Positions 1 through 8,570 of a stretch of DNA of 64,000 nucleotides are shown here, one piece after another. Every line of letters begins with the position of its first letter. The stretch's first letter is position 1. Source of the DNA: Bacilli bacterium (GTDB lineage Bacteria > Bacillota_I > Bacilli_A > ML615J-28 > CAG-698); assembly GCA_017962745.1 (NCBI GenBank), contig JAGCUR010000003.1, forward strand, positions 459-64,458. Direction: 5' to 3'. The position numbers and the translations under genes were made by a program. A model generated the notes under the pieces. That model saw only the letters and a list, made by a program, of their open reading frames with translations, did not search any database and was not told the DNA's origin.

Positions 1-677
1 TACATGAGTAGATCTATGTAAAACTCTTTATTTGTAGGGGTAGTAAGTTTATATTCTTTCCCAACAAGAGAAAAGCCTGGACCTAGTTCTTGGAGAAACT
101 TAATAATATTATCAATAAATTGATTTTTTAAATCTTTTTCATTCTTTATCTTTTCTTTATCTAGAAAATCAAATACATATGTATCTTTAAATATTTCATA
201 AATTGATTCATCTTGTTTAGTAATAACTGTAGTAGATGGTTTAATAAGACTTCTTTCATAAGCTTTCATTTCAATTTGATTTAAAACCATGCTACGAGAC
301 CAACCGTTTTGATATGTAGCATTTATATACCAAAGCATTTCATTGTGTGATTTTGACTTTTCCATTATAGTAATAATAGAGCCCCATGGAATTTGGGCAA
401 CAGGTTGTTGCCCAATTTCGTAAGTACTAAAATTGTTAGAAAATTGTGACATATATTTTAAATTTCTAAAAGAATAACCATGGCCATATTCTTTTAAATC
501 ACTTTCTAATTTTTGAATATATTTACTGCCCCAATTCTTTCGCTTATTTATAATAGTCCCAATTTCATAATAAGTCATAATCATAGCACTATTTACAACT
601 ACAATAGCCTTATTTTGGTTTTGTCTAATTGTTTCTTTTATTTGTTTCAAATCGCTTAAATAATCATTAATTTCCAT
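1..677 (-). CDS. DUF1016/YhcG-family PD-(D/E)XK nuclease domain protein (3' end cut by window start)
   Basis: Absent from the ORF track because its stop lies beyond position 1. Minus-strand ATG at 677-675, with GGAGAG 8 nt upstream, and an open frame to the window edge. My translation: MEINDYLSDLKQIKETIRQNQNKAIVVVNSAMIMTYYEIG...QIPWGSIITIMEKSKSHNEMLWYINATYQNGWSRSMVLNQIEMKAYERS...DTYVFDFLD...EKDLKNQFIDNIIKFLQELGPGFSLVGKEYKLT..EFYIDLL. This is the typical DUF1016 layout. Confidence 0.75.
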   Translation of the reverse strand, partial: MEINDYLSDLKQIKETIRQNQNKAIVVVNSAMIMTYYEIGTIINKRKNWGSKYIQKLESDLKEYGHGYSFRNLKYMSQFSNNFSTYEIGQQPVAQIPWGSIITIMEKSKSHNEMLWYINATYQNGWSRSMVLNQIEMKAYERSLIKPSTTVITKQDESIYEIFKDTYVFDFLDKEKIKNEKDLKNQFIDNIIKFLQELGPGFSLVGKEYKLTTPTNKEFYIDLLM

Positions 678-715
678 TTCATCAACTCTCCTAATATGTC
701 TATTTCCCATATAAA

Positions 716-744
716 ATTATAATATGTTAATAATAATTAGTCAA
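716..744 (-). promoter_or_regulatory. Sigma-A-type promoter for the DUF1016 gene
   Basis: Minus strand reads TTGACT (744-739), a 17-nt spacer, then TATAAT (721-716). Confidence 0.45.
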
Positions 745-772
745 CATAAATATATATTTTTTGAATAGTTTA

Positions 773-801
773 TTGAAAAATTATTTATTACATATTATAA
801 T
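773..801 (+). promoter_or_regulatory. Sigma-A-type promoter for the XRE regulator gene
   Basis: TTGAAA (773-778), a 17-nt spacer, then TATAAT (796-801). RBS AGAGGT lies before the ATG at 821. Confidence 0.45.
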
Positions 802-820
802 GTTTGTAGAGAGGTAAAAT

Positions 821-1186
821 ATGTCATTCGGCACACAATTAATAAAATTAAGAAAAAGAAAAAACCTAACACAAATAGAACTAGCAGAAATTGTAGGTGT
901 TAAGCAATATGTCATTTCCGCCTGGGAAAACGATAGGACCGAACCTAACATTTCCCAATTATCTAAGTTAGGGGATTTGTTTGAAGTTTCAATCGATTAC
1001 TTAATTGACAAGCCTGTTATAGTATCTATGAATGAAGAACAATTCATTAAAACGATTGAAAACATTAATAAAGACGCAAATGATGAATTTACTAAAGCAA
1101 TTCATTCATTATGTGATAACTTACCAGAAAGCAAAAAAGAAAAGATGCTAAATGTAATAAAAGCATCTGCTGAATTATTAAAATAA
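821..1186 (+). CDS. XRE-family helix-turn-helix transcriptional regulator
   Basis: N-terminus LRKRKNLTQIELAEIVGVKQYVISAWENDRTEPNISQLSKLGDLFEVSIDYL is a canonical HTH_3/Cro-C1 fold signature. It is divergent from the DUF1016 gene. Confidence 0.85.
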   Translation: MSFGTQLIKLRKRKNLTQIELAEIVGVKQYVISAWENDRTEPNISQLSKLGDLFEVSIDYLIDKPVIVSMNEEQFIKTIENINKDANDEFTKAIHSLCDNLPESKKEKMLNVIKASAELLK

Positions 1187-1230
1187 GTATGTGTGCATTT
1201 GCACACATACTTTTTATTTGTTATTCTTTT
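1185..1230. repeat. 46-bp direct repeat, copy A (contains a 12-bp-stem terminator hairpin plus the last codons of dinJ)
   Basis: aagtatgtgtgcatttgcacacatactttttatttgttattctttt is identical to 1601-1646. The hairpin is aagtatgtgtgc/attt/gcacacatactt (1185-1212) followed by a T-run, and serves as the terminator for the XRE gene. Confidence 0.9.
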
Positions 1231-1507
1231 TAATATCTTCTCTAGCTTTTTTAATTTCCTCATTGATTTCATCTAAAGTCATTTCGGAATTGCCATTTTC
1301 CTCTGAGATAGTACGCATTCTATCAATAGCTAGAATTGCTTTAAGCGTTGATTCGTTAATCTTTGTATCAAATGGAATTCCACCAACTAGAACAGACTTT
1401 TTAAAGAACATTCTCACAGCTGTAGAAAGATCTATTCCTAATTCATTATATATAGCTGCTGCCTGATTTTTCAATTCATCATCAACTCTAACTTGTAAAA
1501 CTGCCAT
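1214..1507 (-). CDS. RelB/DinJ-family type II antitoxin (no cognate toxin gene adjacent)
   Basis: MAVLQVRVDDELKNQAAAIYNELGIDLSTAVRMFFKKSVLVGGIPF is the ribbon-helix-helix DinJ signature. Confidence 0.75.
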   Translation of the reverse strand: MAVLQVRVDDELKNQAAAIYNELGIDLSTAVRMFFKKSVLVGGIPFDTKINESTLKAILAIDRMRTISEENGNSEMTLDEINEEIKKAREDIKKNNK

Positions 1508-1531
1508 AAATACTCACCTCTCATCAATTAC

Positions 1532-1560
1532 ATTATACACACATTGTATTACATTGCCAA
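1532..1560 (-). promoter_or_regulatory. Sigma-A-type promoter for the dinJ-like gene
   Basis: Minus strand reads TTGGCA (1560-1555), a 17-nt spacer, then TATAAT (1537-1532), followed by RBS GAGGTGA. Confidence 0.45.
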
Positions 1561-1600
1561 TACATAATTGTTTGCTTTTTTAAAACAATTATCATAAAAA

Positions 1601-1646
1601 AAGTATGTGTGCATTTGCACACATACTTTTTATTTGTTATTCTTTT
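1601..1646. repeat. 46-bp direct repeat, copy B (terminator hairpin plus the last codons of the GH18 gene)
   Basis: Perfect copy of 1185-1230. On the minus strand the hairpin is followed by TTTTTTTAT, so it acts as the terminator of the GH18 gene. Confidence 0.9.
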
Positions 1647-3237
1647 GAGCAGCATTGATTGCTTCCATTAATGTATTTGATTTATCGTTTTCATATGACC
1701 AATACATTAAGCCACCAATGCCTGAATCAATTACATAATTCCATTTATCAGTTACTGATTCAGTGTCTTCATAAGTAATGAATTGATAGTTTTCAGAATC
1801 ATATAAATAATATGCTTCTGCTTCTTCATCATAATACTTAGTAACACCTTTACCAAGTCTTGATAAATAGTTTTCTTTGATATTATCAAAAGATGTTTCA
1901 TCTTTAGACGATGCTCTCCCTCCAAGGCCACCTTTACCGTTATCGCTTACTCCTTCATAAATTCTACCGTAGAAAGCTGAACCGATGACTAGTTTTTCTT
2001 TAGCTACTTTATTTTTAATAAAGAAGCTAACTGAATCTTTGGCATCAGATAAGCTTGATAGATGGTTACAACTCATACCATCATCTAAATCATATGTCAT
2101 GATATAGAAATAATCTAAGATATCATTTAGCTTAGCTAAATCAAAGCGTGAAGTGATCCAATCACCTGCTGGTATTGCTGCAGTGACTAGTAAGTCTTTA
2201 TTGTAGGCTTTTAGTGTATCTCTAATTTGCTTCATTAGTAATGTGAAATTATTTTTATCAGTTGACTTTGGATATTCCCAGTCCATATCAATACCATCTA
2301 AGTTGTATTCTTTAATAACATCTAAAATAGCATTAGCGACTGCAATTCTACTTTCTTCGGTTTTAGCAGCTTTCGCATAAATATCCCAGAAGCTACTATC
2401 ATCATGCCAACCACCTAAAGATAAACATATTTTAATACCTTTTTCTTTAGCAGGAGCAAAACTAGATAGCCTATTTAGTCTACCATCAATATACCATTTA
2501 CCAGCTTCATCTTGCGCAATTTGCGCAAAGCTGTAATTGATAATATCGATTGATTCGTAATCGACTTTAGTCAATTCTTGGAATCGACCATACCAGTATG
2601 CTACTAATATGCTATGATCAAACATAATATCCAAATTCCTTTCAACTTTGATTTTCTTTTCATATACTCTTTCTACATTATTATAGCTACACTTTACATT
2701 GATCCTAACAGCAATGTAAGTATCAGTAAGTCCGTGCTTTACTTCGCCTAAGCCATTAATAATTTCGGTATCACTAAATGTATAAGTGATGCGATAAATA
2801 ATTGTTTGACGTTCATCTACATAATTATATTTATCTACAAACTCAATCGTATCGACTTCACTTTCTAACACAAGTGGTATCGCCTCATCTAGGAACGCTT
2901 CTACTTTATCAAATTCATCCATTAAGATATAATCTAAGTCTTGAAGATAATTCTTATCCGCAATCGCTTTAGCAAGTTTTTCGTAATTAGTTACTTTAGC
3001 TTTATCTTCTTCACTTAATGCTTTATAGAGCCTTTCAGCACTTGATACATCTTTAATTGATGCTTTGGTGATCTCATCCGGCAAAGCATCAATTGCATCA
3101 ATAACTTCTGCTGATTTGTCAGTTTCAACTATGATTTCAGGACTAGGCTCGACTTTTTCGCATCCTACAAGTGTAATTGCACTTAGCAAGAAAACCAAGA
3201 GGAAGCCAAATTTTAACCTTTGCCTAAACAGCCTCAT
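1630..3237 (-). CDS. Glycoside hydrolase family 18 (chitinase-like) lipoprotein
   Basis: Lipobox LVGC after a hydrophobic leader. GH18 catalytic motif DGIDMDWEYP and downstream YIMTYDL. About 200 aa at the N-terminus have no recognisable family. Confidence 0.85.
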   Translation of the reverse strand: MRLFRQRLKFGFLLVFLLSAITLVGCEKVEPSPEIIVETDKSAEVIDAIDALPDEITKASIKDVSSAERLYKALSEEDKAKVTNYEKLAKAIADKNYLQDLDYILMDEFDKVEAFLDEAIPLVLESEVDTIEFVDKYNYVDERQTIIYRITYTFSDTEIINGLGEVKHGLTDTYIAVRINVKCSYNNVERVYEKKIKVERNLDIMFDHSILVAYWYGRFQELTKVDYESIDIINYSFAQIAQDEAGKWYIDGRLNRLSSFAPAKEKGIKICLSLGGWHDDSSFWDIYAKAAKTEESRIAVANAILDVIKEYNLDGIDMDWEYPKSTDKNNFTLLMKQIRDTLKAYNKDLLVTAAIPAGDWITSRFDLAKLNDILDYFYIMTYDLDDGMSCNHLSSLSDAKDSVSFFIKNKVAKEKLVIGSAFYGRIYEGVSDNGKGGLGGRASSKDETSFDNIKENYLSRLGKGVTKYYDEEAEAYYLYDSENYQFITYEDTESVTDKWNYVIDSGIGGLMYWSYENDKSNTLMEAINAAQKNNK

Positions 3238-5429
3238 TAGTGTTTCCTTCTAATAAAGAAAGCAATTGAAAGCATGCTGAATAAAGCAATTAAATCAGAT
3301 GCTGCTTTACCATTGCAACCAGATCCACCAGTTACATTAACTTTACATTTATAAACTAAATCAGTATCTTTAACTGTAAATGTGATTTCTGTAGTTCCTT
3401 GTTTTAATCCCTTAACAATACCATTTTCATATGAAGCAACAGTTGGATCTTCAACTTTAATCTTTAATAAGTCTTCATATTCAAATACATAATCTAAGTT
3501 AATAGTTTCACCAACTTTAATGTTAACTTCTTCTTTCGATAGTTCTACACCAGCTGCCCCTACATGGTTAACAGTATATGTATCTTCTACTTTATCACCT
3601 AGCATTAATTCAATCTTGATTTCATGATCACCAACTAAATATTTATTAGGAAGTGTAAGACTAGCCATCATTAAATCATTATTCTTTAATGATTTATAAA
3701 GTTCTCCATCTACATATACTTTCCAAGTATATTCACTTAAATTAGAAATAGTTGTTGACCAAGTTAAAATTAATTTTTCTGCATCTTTAATCTTTAAGCC
3801 ACTTGATCCCCAATAATCACAACTAAAGTCTTTTTTAATTTCTGTATTATCATTTAGGGTAAAGATAATTTCATAATTAACTTTAGACATATTAGATACA
3901 TCATAACTAAATTCATTAGCATTGTAGTTTACTTTAGTATCTAAGCATACTGTATCACCGCTTACAACTTGGATACGTTTAACATACTTTAACATTTCCC
4001 CATCAGTAAATGTTAATTTACCAGTTTGAGCAGTAAAGCTATCAATTGTCATCTTAGCATCATCAAGTAATGCTTCTTGATCTAAACCACTTACATCAAC
4101 TGCTAATGCGCTACGTTTAGGAAGTACCGTAAATGTATCCACAACATTTTTATATTGATTATAAACTGTTACTTTCATAATCTTATCGCTTACTTCGATG
4201 TGTGATGCTAGTACCCAACCTAATTTTTTGATGTCTGGTCCATCTACATGTAGGCCATCTTCTAAAATAGCTTGTTCTAATTCTCTAGTTTTATCGCCAG
4301 ATGAACCAAGATCTAGATAATATGTACCTTTATATCTATTGTCACCAGCGTTATCGATTACTTTACCATCATATAATTTATATGTACGTGAATACATGTG
4401 GTCATGGCCTGATATAACTAGGTCAACGCCGCATTCATCAAATACTGGATACCATTGTGGTCTAATAGTAGTAAATACTCTTGAGTCATTTGAATAAGCA
4501 GAATAAATTGATTTATGACCAAGTACTACTAAGTATTGGTAAGTTCCTTCTAATGCTTTAATAGTAGTTTTAAACCAGTTAACTTCTTGGCTCATTTTAG
4601 ATGATGACACTGTATCAGAGTCATCAGTATCAATCATAACGAATAAGACATTATTATAATAGAAATAATAATTAGAATTTAAAGCAAGGTTTGCTCCATT
4701 CTTAGGAAAATTAAATGTATTGTTATATACATAAGGAGTAGTAAATAGTTTAGAACCACTTATATCTCTTGCCCAGTATTCATGATCACCAGGAGCTGAT
4801 GCAAAGATGAAATCTTGCATAACAGGGTTATCTAAAAACCAAGTTACTTCTTCTTCACGTCCACCATAGTCAGTCATATCACCGCTACATACAACTAGAG
4901 CTGGGTTATTAGCTATTTCTTGCATTGTACGAATCATATTATGACTTACTTTGTTTTTACCGTACTGGCAGTCAGCTAGTGCTACAAAGCTCCAGTCATT
5001 AGTTAAGCCAGCTGTAGTAAAGAAATAAGTATTAGAAATATCGCTACCGTTTACAAGGCGGTATTTATATTTAGTACAAGGTGTTAAGTTAGTTAGAGTA
5101 GCACTACATACATATCTTTCAACCGTATAGAATGTATCTTTTTCATCCGCATTAGTTTGACCTTTAATGCTCCATGTTTTTTCTTCAGGTGTTAGGCTAA
5201 TAGCTTTACTAAAATCTTTATCAGTTACTAGTGTATATTCAATATGTGATCCAGCTTTAGGTGTATGGTAATTAATACCAATTGTAGTAGATGCATCTTC
5301 ACCTGGATTAGTTGTAATTAAATGGAAAATAGGCATATCGTATGCTGCTTTCACTTTTATCCCTCCTAAAATCAATAATAATGATAATGATATTATCATT
5401 ACGCTGAAAACTTTAATTAATCTTTTCAT
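3237..5429 (-). CDS. Secreted calcineurin-like metallophosphoesterase with Ig-like (Big_2-type) domain and C-terminal anchor-like tail
   Basis: Signal peptide present. Metallophosphatase motifs are SGDMTDYGG, GDHEY, LGHKS and SGHDHMYSR. An Ig-like region lies near the C-terminus. The tail reads GGSGCNGK-AASDLIALFSMLSIAFFI-RRKH. Confidence 0.8.
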   Translation of the reverse strand: MKRLIKVFSVMIISLSLLLILGGIKVKAAYDMPIFHLITTNPGEDASTTIGINYHTPKAGSHIEYTLVTDKDFSKAISLTPEEKTWSIKGQTNADEKDTFYTVERYVCSATLTNLTPCTKYKYRLVNGSDISNTYFFTTAGLTNDWSFVALADCQYGKNKVSHNMIRTMQEIANNPALVVCSGDMTDYGGREEEVTWFLDNPVMQDFIFASAPGDHEYWARDISGSKLFTTPYVYNNTFNFPKNGANLALNSNYYFYYNNVLFVMIDTDDSDTVSSSKMSQEVNWFKTTIKALEGTYQYLVVLGHKSIYSAYSNDSRVFTTIRPQWYPVFDECGVDLVISGHDHMYSRTYKLYDGKVIDNAGDNRYKGTYYLDLGSSGDKTRELEQAILEDGLHVDGPDIKKLGWVLASHIEVSDKIMKVTVYNQYKNVVDTFTVLPKRSALAVDVSGLDQEALLDDAKMTIDSFTAQTGKLTFTDGEMLKYVKRIQVVSGDTVCLDTKVNYNANEFSYDVSNMSKVNYEIIFTLNDNTEIKKDFSCDYWGSSGLKIKDAEKLILTWSTTISNLSEYTWKVYVDGELYKSLKNNDLMMASLTLPNKYLVGDHEIKIELMLGDKVEDTYTVNHVGAAGVELSKEEVNIKVGETINLDYVFEYEDLLKIKVEDPTVASYENGIVKGLKQGTTEITFTVKDTDLVYKCKVNVTGGSGCNGKAASDLIALFSMLSIAFFIRRKH

Positions 5430-6315
5430 CTTTTCCTCCTTTTATAAGATTCTTCTTTTCCTCATTTATCATTAATACTAAATAACGAATTTCAAATTCT
5501 TCTAAATATCCTGTAAAGTCGATGTAATTAGCTATATCCACATTTCTTAAAACGGTTGTAGCATGGCGGACTTTGTTGTAGATCTCGACCCAATCAGCAA
5601 GACTCAGCCAAATGATAACATCGCTTTTTAAAAAATAATAAAGATTATATTTATTTTTAAAATCATCACGATTAGTAGATGCTACGCATCTAACTAAACT
5701 ATTAACTAAATTAGTAACAAGCTCACCGCTATTAACAAATATATAATCACTAGCTTCCTCAATTGATTTAAAGCTATTGACAAATAGAGTAAACCTTTTA
5801 TCCATCTTTTCTAATTCTTCACCGCTTTTATTTAAAATAACCGCGAGTGAAGAAATTTTTAAAAGATTAAACTTATTTCTTCTTTCTTCATCAATCCTGG
5901 AAACTAGTCCTAAGCAGTTTTCGTTTACATGATTTATATCATCATATAATTCATTAAGATAACTATCTACATAATCTTTGTCTTCATTTAGTTTAGTAAT
6001 TCTAGTTTTGACACTTTCAAATAATTCTTTTGTATTATTTATTTGATGTTCTAAACTTGCAAACTGAGAAAACTCATCGATATTTTTATAGACAGCTAAA
6101 GAAAAGAATTTACACAAATAAAAATTATAAAGTAGATTATTATATACTTTTAATAAGCTACTATATTTTTTATTAACAACTGCAATTGCTTCTTCAGCTA
6201 AACTAGGTAGTATTGTTTTTGCTTTTACTTCTACTTTCTCTTCAATAGCATTATCAGTTTCTTCTAAACTAATATTAATTTCTTCTACTTTTCTTTTCTT
6301 TTTAAATAATGACAT
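5413..6315 (-). CDS. Hypothetical protein (predicted cytoplasmic, helical)
   Basis: The track ORF extends to 6363, but that extension runs into the upstream terminator hairpin at 6360-6380. I therefore prefer the start at MSLFKKKRK (6315). No recognisable motifs. Its stop overlaps the start of the phosphoesterase gene by 17 nt. Confidence 0.55.
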   Translation of the reverse strand: MSLFKKKRKVEEINISLEETDNAIEEKVEVKAKTILPSLAEEAIAVVNKKYSSLLKVYNNLLYNFYLCKFFSLAVYKNIDEFSQFASLEHQINNTKELFESVKTRITKLNEDKDYVDSYLNELYDDINHVNENCLGLVSRIDEERRNKFNLLKISSLAVILNKSGEELEKMDKRFTLFVNSFKSIEEASDYIFVNSGELVTNLVNSLVRCVASTNRDDFKNKYNLYYFLKSDVIIWLSLADWVEIYNKVRHATTVLRNVDIANYIDFTGYLEEFEIRYLVLMINEEKKNLIKGGKDEKIN

Positions 6316-6352
6316 ATATTTACACTCTAAAAACATTTTACCATATTCACTA

Positions 6353-6384
6353 TAAAAAAACATCTAGAAATTCTAGATGTTTTA
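6353..6384 (-). terminator. Rho-independent terminator after the MNT/HEPN-stub unit
   Basis: Palindrome acatcta..tagatgt (6360-6380) flanked by an A-run and a T-run. Confidence 0.55.
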
Positions 6385-6416
6385 TAATAATAATTTTTAG
6401 TTTTATAATAAGTTAT

Positions 6417-6611
6417 TTATTTGTTTAGTTGAGTTTTTATTTTCGGAATATCTTGTGATAAAACTTCATACACAATCGTATAGTCTACTTTTCCATAGTC
6501 ATGTACTATTTTATTGCGAAATCCTACAATATCGCTCCATTTCACCTCTGGGTAACTTCTTTTAAACCCATCCGATAGTTTCTTAACATTTTTCGAAATT
6601 TGAATCAGTTT
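6417..6611 (-). pseudogene. N-terminally truncated HEPN (DUF86/HepT-like) toxin remnant
   Basis: My translation of the minus strand: KLIQISKNVKKLSDGFKRSYPEVKWSDIVGFRNKIVHDYGKVDYTIVYEVLSQDIPKIKTQLNK*. It carries the R-x4-H HEPN motif (RNKIVH), but the frame opens right after a TAA, has no ATG or RBS, and lacks roughly the first 45 residues of a normal DUF86 protein. Confidence 0.6.
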
Positions 6612-7090
6612 TTATGTTGTTCATAGATTTTAATACCGTCCTTCATTATTTCGTTTAATAATTCATAATTACCACAGATATCATTTAATCTAAGCACATC
6701 AACTTTCTTCTTTAATCCACTATGTATTTTGTCTATTAGACCGACAAAACTTAAACCGGTAATCCTAGCACTTACACATAAGTCTACATCGCTCTCCTCG
6801 GTTTCATATCCTTTCGCATATGAACCAAACAAATAGCAAAAATCAATTTCTTCTCCGTATTCTTCGAAAATAGGAGTTAGGACTTTTCGAATAGTCTCAA
6901 TAGAAAGAATACCTTTGTTTTCAGTTATTTCAAACTTTTCCTTTAGAAGTTCGATCATCTTAACATATTTTAGGTTTTTCTCATCCCCACTTTTTTCATA
7001 CCTAATATATGTTCTTAGAGGAACATCAATCGACAAAGCAGCTTCTTTTTGTGTTAAATTAAAATCATTTCGAACGTTCCTTAGCAACAT
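6605..7090 (-). CDS. HTH-fused minimal nucleotidyltransferase (MNT/MntA-like antitoxin)
   Basis: N-terminal HTH (FNLTQKEAALSIDVPLRTYIRYE) followed by the NTase motif LFGSYAKGYETEESDVDLCV. The gene ends with TGA. Confidence 0.8.
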   Translation of the reverse strand: MLLRNVRNDFNLTQKEAALSIDVPLRTYIRYEKSGDEKNLKYVKMIELLKEKFEITENKGILSIETIRKVLTPIFEEYGEEIDFCYLFGSYAKGYETEESDVDLCVSARITGLSFVGLIDKIHSGLKKKVDVLRLNDICGNYELLNEIMKDGIKIYEQHKN

Positions 7091-7113
7091 AACATATCAC
7101 CCCACGCATTTAA

Positions 7114-7142
7114 ATTATAGCCATTTTGGCACTTCTTGTAAA
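7114..7142 (-). promoter_or_regulatory. Promoter of the HTH-MNT gene with an operator in the spacer
   Basis: Minus strand reads TTTACA (7142-7137), a 17-nt spacer containing TGCCAAAATGGC, then TATAAT (7119-7114), with RBS GGGGTGA downstream. Confidence 0.45.
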
Positions 7143-7196
7143 TAAGAATATGCCATTTTGGCAGTAAATTTTTAAGAAATATGCCATTTTTTGACA
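7119..7196. promoter_or_regulatory. Three phased operator-like inverted repeats (TGCCA-TTT-TGGCA)
   Basis: Sites lie at 7119-7131 (aGCCATTTTGGCa), 7151-7163 (TGCCATTTTGGCA) and 7182-7196 (TGCCATTTTTTGACA, degenerate). They are spaced 31 bp apart. Confidence 0.5.
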
Positions 7197-7217
7197 CTGT
7201 TTTTTAAAAAGTTTCCT

Positions 7218-7247
7218 AACAAAAAGCTACCTATTTCTAGGTAGCTA
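7218..7247 (-). terminator. Rho-independent terminator after eno
   Basis: Hairpin agctaccta/tttc/taggtagct (7226-7247), followed on the minus strand by TTTTTGTT. Confidence 0.6.
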
Positions 7248-7259
7248 TTTTAAACTAAA

Positions 7260-8570
<1,311 letters not shown>

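Noticed and set aside
1191-1466. 91-aa plus-strand ORF opposite dinJ
   Set aside because: It starts inside the terminator hairpin. The minus-strand frame has the DinJ signature plus its own promoter and RBS.
6605-6607. Possibility of Mycoplasma/Spiroplasma genetic code 4 (TGA = Trp)
   Set aside because: TGA terminates the HTH-MNT gene at a sensible length. All long ORFs close properly under the standard code, and Trp positions in conserved motifs are TGG.
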